From positions 1,867,336-1,931,335 of the forward strand of contig CAVTEI010000003.1 of NCBI GenBank assembly GCA_963733765.1: a stretch of 64,000 nucleotides of DNA, written 5' to 3'. Shown here one piece after another: positions 1-8,267 of this stretch. The number at the start of each line of letters is the position of its first letter. Positions within the stretch are counted from its first letter, which is position 1. The DNA comes from an uncultured Acidimicrobiales bacterium (lineage in GTDB: Bacteria > Actinomycetota > Acidimicrobiia > Acidimicrobiales > DATKAS01). The notes under the pieces are model-generated. The model made no database searches and had not been told where the DNA came from. It saw only the letters and a program-made list of their open reading frames with translations. The translations under genes were made by a program, and so were the position numbers.

Positions 1-49
1 GGGTCGGGTCGGCGAGCGCGCCGAACACGTCGTCGAGACGATCCTTCAC
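1..49 (-). CDS. ArsR/SmtB-family transcriptional regulator (N-terminal fragment, runs off window edge)
   Basis: Minus strand from GTG at 49 reads VKDRLDDVFGALADPT..., the ALADPTRR-type N-terminus of ArsR HTH regulators. It lies 13 nt downstream of the SRPBCC gene stop. Only 16 codons are visible. Confidence 0.5.
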   Translation of the reverse strand, partial: MKDRLDDVFGALADPT

Positions 50-61
50 TGCCGGGGAGGT

Positions 62-481
62 TCAGGCGACGAGCGCGGCGGCCGACACTCGCAGCCACAG
101 GTTGTCGAGCCGCGCTTCCCAGTAGGAGGCCTTCGCCGCGCTCGCCTGGGCCGGGCACGCCTGGGCCGTCGTCGACTCGAGCGGCGTCTCGGTGACCACG
201 AGACGCGTGCCGGTCTCGGTGGGGCACAGCTCGAACGTGACCTCGGAGACCGCGCCGTCATCCGGCCACCACCGCAGCGAGAGGCGGTGCTCAGGATCGA
301 CCGTGCCGACACACGCGTGCCGCACTGTGCCGTCGTCATCGGTGAAGCATCCGGCGCCGCCGGGGCGCACGTCGAGGTCGACTGGCCCGCCCATCCAGCT
401 GGCCAGCTCGTCGGGATCGGTGAGCGCGGCCCACACCTGCTCGAGATCGGCGTCGAGCTGGATCTCCCTGTGCACCCGCAT
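62..481 (-). CDS. SRPBCC / AHSA1-like (activator of Hsp90 ATPase homolog) domain protein
   Basis: ORF 62..520 trimmed to ATG 481 (MRVHREIQLDADLEQVWAALTDPDELASWMG...), with GGGAGG just upstream. The sequence pattern is typical of SRPBCC proteins paired with ArsR regulators. Confidence 0.8.
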   Translation of the reverse strand: MRVHREIQLDADLEQVWAALTDPDELASWMGGPVDLDVRPGGAGCFTDDDGTVRHACVGTVDPEHRLSLRWWPDDGAVSEVTFELCPTETGTRLVVTETPLESTTAQACPAQASAAKASYWEARLDNLWLRVSAAALVA

Positions 482-500
482 GGCTGCCTCCCTGTGTGTT

Positions 501-547
501 GTGCAACTTCGGGGTTGCACTTATGATGTGCAACAACTTGGTTGCAG
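501..547. promoter_or_regulatory. Two tandem 20-bp palindromes GTGCAAC-N6-GTTGCAC (501-520) and GTGCAAC-N6-GTTGCAG (528-547); candidate operator
   Basis: Read directly in the divergent SRPBCC/ArsR - clpP intergenic region. The centres are 27 bp apart and the half-sites are identical. Confidence 0.55.
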
Positions 548-568
548 TATAGGCACTGGAGGTCTCGC

Positions 569-1184
569 ATGCTCGTCCCCACCGTGATCGAACAGACCAA
601 CCGAGGGGAGCGGGCGTTCGACATCTACTCCCGGCTGCTCTCCGAGCGGATCGTGTTCCTCGGCAGCGCCATCGACGACGCCGTCGCCAACCTGGTGATC
701 GCCCAGCTGCTGCACCTCGAGAGCGACAACCCCGATCAGGACGTGTCGCTCTACATCAACTCGCCGGGCGGCGACATGACGGCCCTGTTCGCCATCTACG
801 ACACCATGCAGTTCATGCGGCCCGACGTCGCGACGATCTGCATCGGGCAGGCCGCGTCGGCTGCGGCGGTGCTGCTCGCGTCAGGCGCAAGAGGAAAGCG
901 TGCCGTGCTGCCGAACGCACGCGTGCTCGATCCATCAGCCTCACGGTGGCGCCCAGGGCCAGTCGACCGACCTCGAGCTCGCCGTCGCCGAGATGGTCGA
1001 GATGCGCCGGCGCATGGTGCAGATCCTGGCCGAGTCGACGGGGCAGACGCCCGAGCGCATCACGTCGGACATCGACCGCGATTACATCCTTCGCGGCGAT
1101 GACGCGGTGGCCTACGGCCTCGTCGATCACGTGATCGAGAAGCGCGGCATCGTCGGTGCAGTGGAGGTCGCCGCCTCGGCGTGA
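569..1184 (+). pseudogene. clpP: ATP-dependent Clp protease proteolytic subunit ClpP, frameshifted as sequenced
   Basis: [24 protein letters not shown]...YINSPGGD...GQAASAA runs in one frame to ~930. It continues [16 protein letters not shown]...DIDRDYIL in ORF 900..1184. One extra nt sits at gtgctc-g-atccatcag. GGAGG lies 7 nt before ATG 569. Confidence 0.9.
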
Positions 1185-1188
1185 GGTG

Positions 1189-2004
1189 TCAGTTGATCGC
1201 ATTGGTCGCGACGAGGATCAGGACGAGGCCACCGAGCACGAAGCGGTAGATGATGAAGATCCCGAGCGACGCGTGGCTCAGATACTTGAGCAAGAACGAG
1301 ATCGACCAGTAGCCCGCGACGAACGCCGAGATCGTCGCGATGAGGGTCGGCCAGAAGCTGGCGCCCCCGGGGTCTCCGATCTCAGGCAGCTCGAACAGAC
1401 CACTGAGGACGACCGCCGGCACGGACAGCAGGAACGAATAGCGGGCCGCGGACACACGATCGAAGTTGACGAACAGGCCGGCTCCGATGGTCGCGCCCGA
1501 GCGGGAGACACCGGGGATGAGTGCGAGCGCTTGCGCGCCGCCGATGACCGCGGCGTCGCCCGCCTTGAGGTTCTCGAGCGGCCGGTTGCGCTTGCTGACC
1601 CGCTCCGCCATCAAGAGGAATAGGCCCCCCAGTATCAGCGCGATGCCGATGAGCGTGAGGTTGCGCGCCTCGTCCTCGATCTGGTCACGGAAGGCGAACC
1701 CCACGATCGCGATGGGGATCGTGCCGAGGCCGATGTACCAACCCATGCGCGCGTCGAAGTCGTCGCGTGCCGAGCGATCGGTGAGCGAGCGCAGCCAGGC
1801 GCGGGCGATCCGCCACAGATCCGACCAGAAGTGCAAGACGACCGCGGCCATGGTGCCGAGCTGGACGACGGCGGTGAACGCGGCACCGGGATCCTCCCAG
1901 CCGAGGAACGACGGGATGATGCGCAGGTGCGCGGTCGAGGAAATGGGGAGGAACTCGGTGAGTCCTTGGACGATCCCGAGGACGATGGCCTGGAACGCGT
2001 CCAC
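1189..2004 (-). CDS. uppP: Undecaprenyl-diphosphate phosphatase (BacA/UppP)
   Basis: 271 aa beginning MDAFQAIVLGIVQGLTEFLPISSTAHL..., with the PGVSRSGATI motif. A multi-TM protein with a GTG start. Confidence 0.92.
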   Translation of the reverse strand: MDAFQAIVLGIVQGLTEFLPISSTAHLRIIPSFLGWEDPGAAFTAVVQLGTMAAVVLHFWSDLWRIARAWLRSLTDRSARDDFDARMGWYIGLGTIPIAIVGFAFRDQIEDEARNLTLIGIALILGGLFLLMAERVSKRNRPLENLKAGDAAVIGGAQALALIPGVSRSGATIGAGLFVNFDRVSAARYSFLLSVPAVVLSGLFELPEIGDPGGASFWPTLIATISAFVAGYWSISFLLKYLSHASLGIFIIYRFVLGGLVLILVATNAIN

Positions 2005-2055
2005 TGTGCCGTCACGGTAACCGGGAGCATCTACGCCCCTTGGGCATCGCGCCCT

Positions 2056-2083
2056 TTGGCGTCTCAGGGTCGGTTGCTAGAGT
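2056..2083 (+). promoter_or_regulatory. Putative sigma-A type promoter for tRNA-Gly (TTGGCG-N16-TAGAGT)
   Basis: The -10 TAGAGT (2078-2083) lies 11 nt upstream of the tRNA 5' end. The -35-like TTGGCG is at 2056-2061. Motif reading only. Confidence 0.4.
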
Positions 2084-2094
2084 GGCGGGCTCAC

Positions 2095-2170
2095 GCGGAC
2101 GTGGCTCAGTTGGTAGAGCATCACCTTGCCAAGGTGAGGGTCGCGGGTTCGAATCCCGTCGTCCGCTCCA
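2095..2170 (+). tRNA. tRNA-Gly (anticodon GCC), CCA encoded
   Basis: Folded by hand into a cloverleaf. Acceptor GCGGACG/CGTCCGC, D-arm gctc-agttggta-gagc, anticodon arm tcacc-ttGCCaa-ggtga, T-arm gcggg-ttcgaat-cccgt, 76 nt. Confidence 0.92.
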
Positions 2171-2202
2171 AGCAAGTCCTGCGCGCAGCTGCTCAACGAG
2201 CA

Positions 2203-3006
2203 CTAGAGCGGTCGCCAGATGCGGAGCTCGTTGGCCGGCAGTGTCACGGTGAACCGCCCCGCCGGGTTCGAGTCGAACAGCGCGCGGCGGGCGTCGGCCA
2301 CAAAGGCGTCGAGCCGATCGCCGAACAGGTGGGGCGCAGTCGATGAGGACGACAGCGATTGCGCGATCAGGTCATCGACAGTTCGCTCGAGGACGCGCCC
2401 GTCGGGCACCGTGACCACGTCCATCTGCCGGAATCCGGCTGCCTGGAACACCTCGTCCTCGCCGCTGGGCGAGGTGTTGCGGATCGTGCGGCCGGCCCGC
2501 TTGTCCGGCCCGAGGTAGCGGACGCGTAGCTCGTCGACCTCCGCCTCCACGGGCGACCGGTATGACTGCGTGTCGACCTGGACCGCCGCACCTTCGGGCT
2601 CGAGCATGCCTCGCACCGAGGCAGCCACCTTCGGACGATCCATCCAGTGAAAGGACGCGGCGAACGTCGCGACGCGAAACGTCCCGAGGTCGAGCGGCAG
2701 CTCCTCGGCGCGCGCCAACACCCACCGTCCGTTCGTCATGCGGCGCTCCGCCGCGAGCCGCGCCGCCTCCGAGATCATTCCCCGGTCGGGGTCGAGTCCA
2801 ACGACCTCCTCGAAGAGGTGCGCGAGAAGCAGAGTGACCCTTCCAGGGCCGCACCCGACATCGAGCAGCCGTCCGCGCCCATCCAGAGCGAGCGCGTCGC
2901 GAAGCGCGTCAGCGAGTCCTGGCGCATAAGGCGGACGCCCCTGTTCGTAGTAGGGCGCGCAGCCCTCGAAAAGCGTCTCGTCCCACTCCCACGTCTCCCA
3001 ACTCAT
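2203..3006 (-). CDS. Class I SAM-dependent methyltransferase
   Basis: 267 aa with LLDVGCGPGRVTLLLAHLFEEVVGLDPD (SAM-binding motif I) and an ATG start at 3006. Confidence 0.8.
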   Translation of the reverse strand: MSWETWEWDETLFEGCAPYYEQGRPPYAPGLADALRDALALDGRGRLLDVGCGPGRVTLLLAHLFEEVVGLDPDRGMISEAARLAAERRMTNGRWVLARAEELPLDLGTFRVATFAASFHWMDRPKVAASVRGMLEPEGAAVQVDTQSYRSPVEAEVDELRVRYLGPDKRAGRTIRNTSPSGEDEVFQAAGFRQMDVVTVPDGRVLERTVDDLIAQSLSSSSTAPHLFGDRLDAFVADARRALFDSNPAGRFTVTLPANELRIWRPL

Positions 3007-3043
3007 GTCACGACCCGCCGTGACTCAAAGCCGTCGCGCATCT

Positions 3044-3077
3044 TGAGGGTCGCGGGTTCGAATCCCGTCGTCCGCTC
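3044..3077 (+). repeat. 34-nt exact direct repeat of the 3' end of tRNA-Gly (copy of 2135-2168); att-like remnant
   Basis: tgagggtcgcgggttcgaatcccgtcgtccgctc occurs at 2135-2168 (inside the tRNA) and again at 3044-3077. The second copy lacks the 5' half of the tRNA. Confidence 0.85.
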
Positions 3078-3096
3078 AAGTTGTGTCCAGCCGCAG

Positions 3097-4266
3097 TCAC
3101 GCCCGCGGCGGATGGGGAACGTGCCCTCGAGCTACCCGCCAGACGTTGCCGACCGTCGAGGCCGCGGATTGCCCAGCGATCGCAGCGGGGGCATAGCCGA
3201 ACGCCTTCTCCGGAAGGCGCACGCGTAACGCACCCGGGAGGATGCGGAACTGGAGCGGAGACTCCAGCTCCAGGGCTTCGCCGTCCACGCCGGCCGCGAC
3301 GGGAGCGCCCGACGTGACCTCGAACGTGGGTGCCGTCCAGTCCTCGAGGGCACGCGCGCCGTCGGGGCGCCGCAGGGCGACAAGCGTGGCGAGCTGCACT
3401 GCGGCCGCGGTGCCCGACACTTCGACGGCGAGGATGCCCAGCTTCCCGTCGTCGAGGCAGTCGCGGGTCCCCGCGCCGCCGCCGACGCGCAAGCTGTACC
3501 GGTTGTTGGAGACCTGGATGAGATGGGCCGAGTCGTGGTGCACTCCGTCGGGACCCGTCCAGCCGAGGTCCATGGGCTCGCCGCCCGGGCCTAGGAGGGT
3601 CGGCAGCTGGTCGAGCGTGGTGGCCACCTTGGCGTCGCGATACTCCTCGGACTGCGTGATCTGCCCGTAGACGCCGAGCGACACGTTGTTGACGAACACG
3701 CGGCCGTTGACCTCGGCCAGATCGATGCGCCGCTCCAAGGCGGGACCGAACGCGTCGAGGGCGCCGACGACGTCGTCGCGGTCGAGCCCCAGGTCGAGCG
3801 CGAAGTGATTGCGCGTACCAGCCGGGATCACGACGTGCGCGACGCCGCGCTGCGCGGCGACGGATGCGACCAACGCCTGCGACCCGTCTCCGCCCGCCAT
3901 CCCGATCACGTCGGATCCCCGTGCGATCGCGGTTTCGGCCAGCTCCAACAGGTCATCCCCCGGCTGGAGGACCACGGGCTCGATACCCCGGGCGCGGCAT
4001 TCGTCAGCCAGCTTGAACCGCTCGGCCTTTCCGCCGCCGGACTTCAGGTTCATGATCAGCACCGGCTGTCTGGCGGCCGGCACGGGCACGCCAGGGGTGG
4101 GTGCCGAGATCAGGGAAGCGCGGTCACGTTCGAGCGAGTACCGGGCGAGTGCCACGGCCGCCACGGCCAGGCCGAGGCTGGCGAACAACGCCAACAGATC
4201 ATTCGCCGCCACGAGCACGACGACCCACATCACGAGGGCGATCGCCAGCGATCGCGGCGCTGACAA
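3097..4266 (-). CDS. Diacylglycerol/lipid kinase family protein (YegS/BmrU-like catalytic domain) with N-terminal TM segments
   Basis: VLIMNLKSGGGKAERF...VIGMAGGDGSQALVASVAA...PAGTRNHFALDLGL. It has a TTG start as listed. An upstream TM-rich ORF 4199..4468 in another frame suggests a longer N-terminus broken near 4257. Confidence 0.75.
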   Translation of the reverse strand: MSAPRSLAIALVMWVVVLVAANDLLALFASLGLAVAAVALARYSLERDRASLISAPTPGVPVPAARQPVLIMNLKSGGGKAERFKLADECRARGIEPVVLQPGDDLLELAETAIARGSDVIGMAGGDGSQALVASVAAQRGVAHVVIPAGTRNHFALDLGLDRDDVVGALDAFGPALERRIDLAEVNGRVFVNNVSLGVYGQITQSEEYRDAKVATTLDQLPTLLGPGGEPMDLGWTGPDGVHHDSAHLIQVSNNRYSLRVGGGAGTRDCLDDGKLGILAVEVSGTAAAVQLATLVALRRPDGARALEDWTAPTFEVTSGAPVAAGVDGEALELESPLQFRILPGALRVRLPEKAFGYAPAAIAGQSAASTVGNVWRVARGHVPHPPRA

Positions 4267-4547
4267 GCCGCGCCGCGCCCCGGCGCGTGATCGCGTTCCA
4301 CGCCGCGGCCACCGCTACCGCGAGCGATGCGCCCGCGGCCACCATCGTCAACGGGTCGCTGAGCAGCAACAGCACGAGGACGAGCCCGGCCGAGAGCAGC
4401 ACGGCGAACGACGCGATAGCCGCCATCCGACGTGACGGCTTCGGGACGGGGAGCGGTTCAGTGGTCACCGTTCGAGCACCGTAACGCGCTCGTGTCGTCG
4501 CTGACGTCTACGTTCGCGCCGGACCACGACGACACACGGATGGTTTC

Positions 4548-6263
4548 GTGCAGGCTGACGAGCGCGGGGCAAACCCATCGAGATTGGAGCGTCAGCTGCC
4601 GGGCGTGGCCGCGCTGCGGACCTACAAACGCGCGTGGCTACGGTCCGACCTCATTGCGGGGGTGGTGCTCGCGGCCATCCTCGTGCCGCAGGGGATGGCG
4701 TACGCGGAGCTCGCCGGCCTCCCGCCGGTCAACGGCCTGTACACCACGATCGCCTGCCTCGTGGGGTACGCGCTCACGGGCCCGTCGAAGATCCTCGTGC
4801 TCGGCCCGGACTCCTCGCTCGGACCGCTGATCTTCGCGGCGATCACTCCGCTGGTCGTCGCCGGCGACGACCCGGCGAAGGCGATCGCCCTCGCCGGGAT
4901 GCTGGCCGTGCTCGTGGGTCTGATCGAGATCGGGCTCGGGGTCGGCAAGCTGGGCTTCGTCGCCGACCTGCTGTCGAGCGAGGTGCAGGTCGGGTACATG
5001 AACGGCCTCGCCATCACGATCGTCGTTGGACAGCTCCCGAAGCTCTGCGGGTTCTCGACTGACGCCGACACGTTCGTCGAGGAAGTGCGTGAGTTCGTGG
5101 CGAACTTCGACGAGCGCAACTCGACGGCCCTCGTCATGGGGCTCGGGACCTTGGCCGTGCTGCTCGTCCTGCCTCGCATCACCCGCAAGATCCCGGCCGT
5201 CCTCGTGGCCGTCGTCGGCGCGACTCTGCTGACCGCTCTCTTCGACTTCGACCTCAGTACGGTCGGCGGGCTGCCCGAAGGCCTCCCGACGCCGGAAGTG
5301 CCGTGGACAGAGGTGAACGACGTCTGGCCGTTGCTCGTCGCCGCGGTCGGCATCGTGCTCGTGTCGCTCACCGACACGATCGCGCTGTCCACCTCGTTCA
5401 ACGCCAGACGCGGCGAACAGGTGAAGCCGAACCAGGAGATGATCGGTGTCGGCACCGCCAACATCGCGGCCGGCTTCTTCCAGGGCTTCGCCGTCTCGTC
5501 GAGCAGCTCACGCACCGCGGTGGCCGAGCAGTCCGGCGCCAAGACCCAGCTCACCGGGGTCGTGGGTGCCGGCGTTGTCGTGCTGCTGCTCGTGTTCTTC
5601 AACGACCTGCTCGCCGATCTTCCGAACTCGGCGCTGGCCGCTGTGGTCATCGCGGCCGCGTTCAGCCTGGCGAACTTCGGGGCGCTGGTCCGCATCTGGA
5701 AGGTGCGGCCATCCGCCGTGGTGCTCTCGCTCACCGCAACCGCAGGCGTCATCTTCCTCGGAGTGCTCGAGGGCATCGTCGTCGCGATCGCAATGTCGAT
5801 CTTGTTGTTCTTCCACCGGAACTGGTGGCCGCGCGGCGCGGTGCTCGGCCGGGTGCCCGGCCGTGAGGGATGGCACAGTGATGCTCGCGGGGAGCGGTTG
5901 GTCGAGGACCCGGGCATCGTGGTGTTCCGGTGGGAGGCGCCCTTGTTCTTCGCCAACGCGGGCATCTTCAGTCAGCAGGTGCGCGAGCTGGTCCACGAAC
6001 GCCAACCGAGATGGGTGATCCTGCAGTGCGAGGCCGTCACCGACATCGACGTCACGGCGGCCGCGATGCTCGAACGACTCGACAACGAGCTCAACGCGCG
6101 CGGCATTCACCTCGCCTTCGTGGAGCTCCGGAGCCGCTTGCAGGACCTCGTGCGTGACTACGGCCTGCACAAGACGCTCGACGCCGACCACTTCTACGAT
6201 TCGATCGAGGACGCGCTCGACGACATCACCTCGACCCCGGGCGACGGGGCCTCCGAGTCCTGA
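4548..6263 (+). CDS. SulP-family anion (sulfate) permease with C-terminal STAS domain
   Basis: 571 aa with ...DLIAGVVLAAILVPQGMAYAELAGLPPVNGLYT..., many TM helices and a STAS-like tail (VILQCEAVTDIDVTAAAMLERL). Confidence 0.9.
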   Translation: MQADERGANPSRLERQLPGVAALRTYKRAWLRSDLIAGVVLAAILVPQGMAYAELAGLPPVNGLYTTIACLVGYALTGPSKILVLGPDSSLGPLIFAAITPLVVAGDDPAKAIALAGMLAVLVGLIEIGLGVGKLGFVADLLSSEVQVGYMNGLAITIVVGQLPKLCGFSTDADTFVEEVREFVANFDERNSTALVMGLGTLAVLLVLPRITRKIPAVLVAVVGATLLTALFDFDLSTVGGLPEGLPTPEVPWTEVNDVWPLLVAAVGIVLVSLTDTIALSTSFNARRGEQVKPNQEMIGVGTANIAAGFFQGFAVSSSSSRTAVAEQSGAKTQLTGVVGAGVVVLLLVFFNDLLADLPNSALAAVVIAAAFSLANFGALVRIWKVRPSAVVLSLTATAGVIFLGVLEGIVVAIAMSILLFFHRNWWPRGAVLGRVPGREGWHSDARGERLVEDPGIVVFRWEAPLFFANAGIFSQQVRELVHERQPRWVILQCEAVTDIDVTAAAMLERLDNELNARGIHLAFVELRSRLQDLVRDYGLHKTLDADHFYDSIEDALDDITSTPGDGASES

Positions 6264-6281
6264 GGCCCGTCCGTCGCAGAG

Positions 6282-6695
6282 ATGAGTGACGCGGCAGATG
6301 TCTCGCCCATGGTCATTGCGGCGCTGCACCCGATCTGCCTGACGCTGCCGGAGGCCTACGAGGAGCAGGCGTGGGTGGGCACGCGTTGGATGATCCGCAA
6401 GAGGACGTTCGCGCACGTCCTGCTGGTCGACGGCGGTTGGCCGCCGGCATACGCGAAGGCAGCAGGAACCGACGGACCGGCGACGCTGTTGATGTTCCGT
6501 TCGTCGGGCGCTGAGGCGCACGCGCTTCGCACGATGGGTCCGCCGTTTTTTGCACCGGTCTGGCGGACGGACGAAGTCGGCATGATCCTCGACGCTGCCG
6601 TCGACTGGGACGAGGTGGCCGAGTTGCTGACCGAGAGCTACTGCCTCCTAGCACCGAGATCTCTCGCCGCGCACGTCGAGCGACCTGACGTCTGA
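6282..6695 (+). CDS. MmcQ/YjbR-family protein
   Basis: 137 aa. Resemblance to the YjbR-like family in LTLPEAYEEQAWVGTRWMIRKRTFAHV. Confidence 0.6.
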   Translation: MSDAADVSPMVIAALHPICLTLPEAYEEQAWVGTRWMIRKRTFAHVLLVDGGWPPAYAKAAGTDGPATLLMFRSSGAEAHALRTMGPPFFAPVWRTDEVGMILDAAVDWDEVAELLTESYCLLAPRSLAAHVERPDV

Positions 6696-6706
6696 CGACG
6701 CCGCGC

Positions 6707-8158
6707 CTACAGGGTCAGGCGTGCGAGCACGGCATCGTCGTTCTCGGTGCCGTCAGGATCGGCGCCCTTGAAGCCGGCGAGGAGTGCGGTTGCGCCGTCA
6801 TCGGACACGCTGGCTCCGAAGAAGGCGTCGGCAGGACCTCCGAGGTCAACGAGCAGGTGTCCACCGTCGCCGAACGTCTCCACGAACGCACCCTCGGGAT
6901 CGAGCATGACGGCCATCGCGTCGATGTTCTCCGCGTCGAGCTTGCCGCTGCCCGCCAGCAGGATGTTGCCGTTCGGGAGGACCGTGAGGTAGCGCGCCCG
7001 ATCGTCCTCGCCGGTGAGATCGAGCCGAGTGACGCCGTCCGTGCCGAAAGAAGGATCGAAGCTGCCGTCAGCCAGGAAGCGGTAGGCGACGAGGTCGACC
7101 TTCTCCTCGGAGTCGGCGCCCCGGCCGTAGCCGGCGAGGACGTAGTTCTCACCCTGGCTGGCCCACTGGTATGCCTCGGTCACACCCTCGAGCACGACGT
7201 GGTTGGCGAGGCCGTTGGTGCCGAACTCCGCGTCGAGCACGCCTTCATTCGTGAGGCGGATCAGCACGGGGCTCACGACATCGGCGGTGTCGCGGCTGTA
7301 GCCGGTTGCCACGATCTTGCCGTCGGCCTGCACGCCGATGTTGCGGGCGCTGTCCGCGCTTGCGTTGAGGTCCGCAATGACCACGCCGTTGGTCCCGAAC
7401 CCGGGGTCGATCTGTCCCGACGCCGTCAGGCCGACGATCGCGAAGTCGACGTCGGTACGCTCGGGGCTCTGGTTCGGTGTCGTCGCGTTCACCGCGTAGC
7501 CGCCCTCGCGGGCGGCGAGTCCCCACGCGTTGTCGGTGATGAACGTCTCCTCGTCGATGACCTTGCCGACGCCCAAATCGATCCGTGCGATGCCGCCGGT
7601 GCCGAACGTGGTGTCGAGCTCACCGTCCGGCGTGAAGCGGATGACCGCCACGTCGAGATCGCCGGCGGCCTCGCCTTCGGCGCTGGGATCGTGCTCGGCT
7701 GGGCCTGCCACCACCACGGTGCCGTCGTCGTGCACCACGAGGCCGCGACCCACCTCAGCGCCGCCACCGCCTTCCGTCACGTTGACCGAGGCGGTGCCGC
7801 CGGTGCCGAACGTCGGGTCGAGCGAGCCGTCGGGGTCGAAGCGGCTGACCGCGAAGAGGTGGTCTTCGCCGACGGAGGTGAAGCCCGCCGCGTAGAGCTG
7901 GCCGTCGGGGCCGTGGACGACCGAGATGTACCGGTCGTTGTCGAAGTCCGAGATCGGCGTCGCGAGAATGCCGTCGACGCCGAAGGTCGGGTCGAGACCA
8001 GCGGAGGCGGTCGCGGCGGACGTATCAGGAGCCGCTGTCGATGCCGCACTGGCGCTGGTCGGCGCGTTCGTCTCGCCGGCGCTGTCGCCGTCATCGTCAG
8101 CGCAACCCGCGATGACGAGCGCCGCCACGAAGATCGTTCCGATGACCGTGCGTCTCAC
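6707..8158 (-). CDS. Secreted lipoprotein with delta-60-type repeats (beta-propeller-like)
   Basis: Lipobox MRRTVIGTIFVAALVIAGCADD. At least 7 repeats of D(P/T)xFGxxG(x)a about every 55-60 aa (DPTFGVDG, DPTFGTGG, DTTFGTGG, DPGFGTNG, DAEFGTNG, DPSFGTDG, ETFGDGG). Confidence 0.7.
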   Translation of the reverse strand: MRRTVIGTIFVAALVIAGCADDDGDSAGETNAPTSASAASTAAPDTSAATASAGLDPTFGVDGILATPISDFDNDRYISVVHGPDGQLYAAGFTSVGEDHLFAVSRFDPDGSLDPTFGTGGTASVNVTEGGGGAEVGRGLVVHDDGTVVVAGPAEHDPSAEGEAAGDLDVAVIRFTPDGELDTTFGTGGIARIDLGVGKVIDEETFITDNAWGLAAREGGYAVNATTPNQSPERTDVDFAIVGLTASGQIDPGFGTNGVVIADLNASADSARNIGVQADGKIVATGYSRDTADVVSPVLIRLTNEGVLDAEFGTNGLANHVVLEGVTEAYQWASQGENYVLAGYGRGADSEEKVDLVAYRFLADGSFDPSFGTDGVTRLDLTGEDDRARYLTVLPNGNILLAGSGKLDAENIDAMAVMLDPEGAFVETFGDGGHLLVDLGGPADAFFGASVSDDGATALLAGFKGADPDGTENDDAVLARLTL

Positions 8159-8267
8159 AGCTGCTCCCTCTGGTTAGGCCCTCTGGTAGGCGGCTTGAAT
8201 ATGAGCCGTCAAGGACTAGAAGCAGCAGATGTTAAGCATGCCTTATACAGCGCCGCAAGCGAGGGTG

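Noticed and set aside
482-568. ClgR operator or a clear sigma-A promoter for clpP
   Set aside because: No CGC-N5-GCG-type dyad is present. Candidate -10 and -35 hexamers (cagtat, ttatga) are poor and badly spaced, so only the GTGCAAC palindromes are reported.
2095-4266. Prophage or integrative element next to tRNA-Gly
   Set aside because: No integrase, excisionase or phage or conjugation gene occurs between or beside the repeats. Only the 34-nt direct repeat and one methyltransferase are present, so this is reported as an att-like scar rather than a mobile element.
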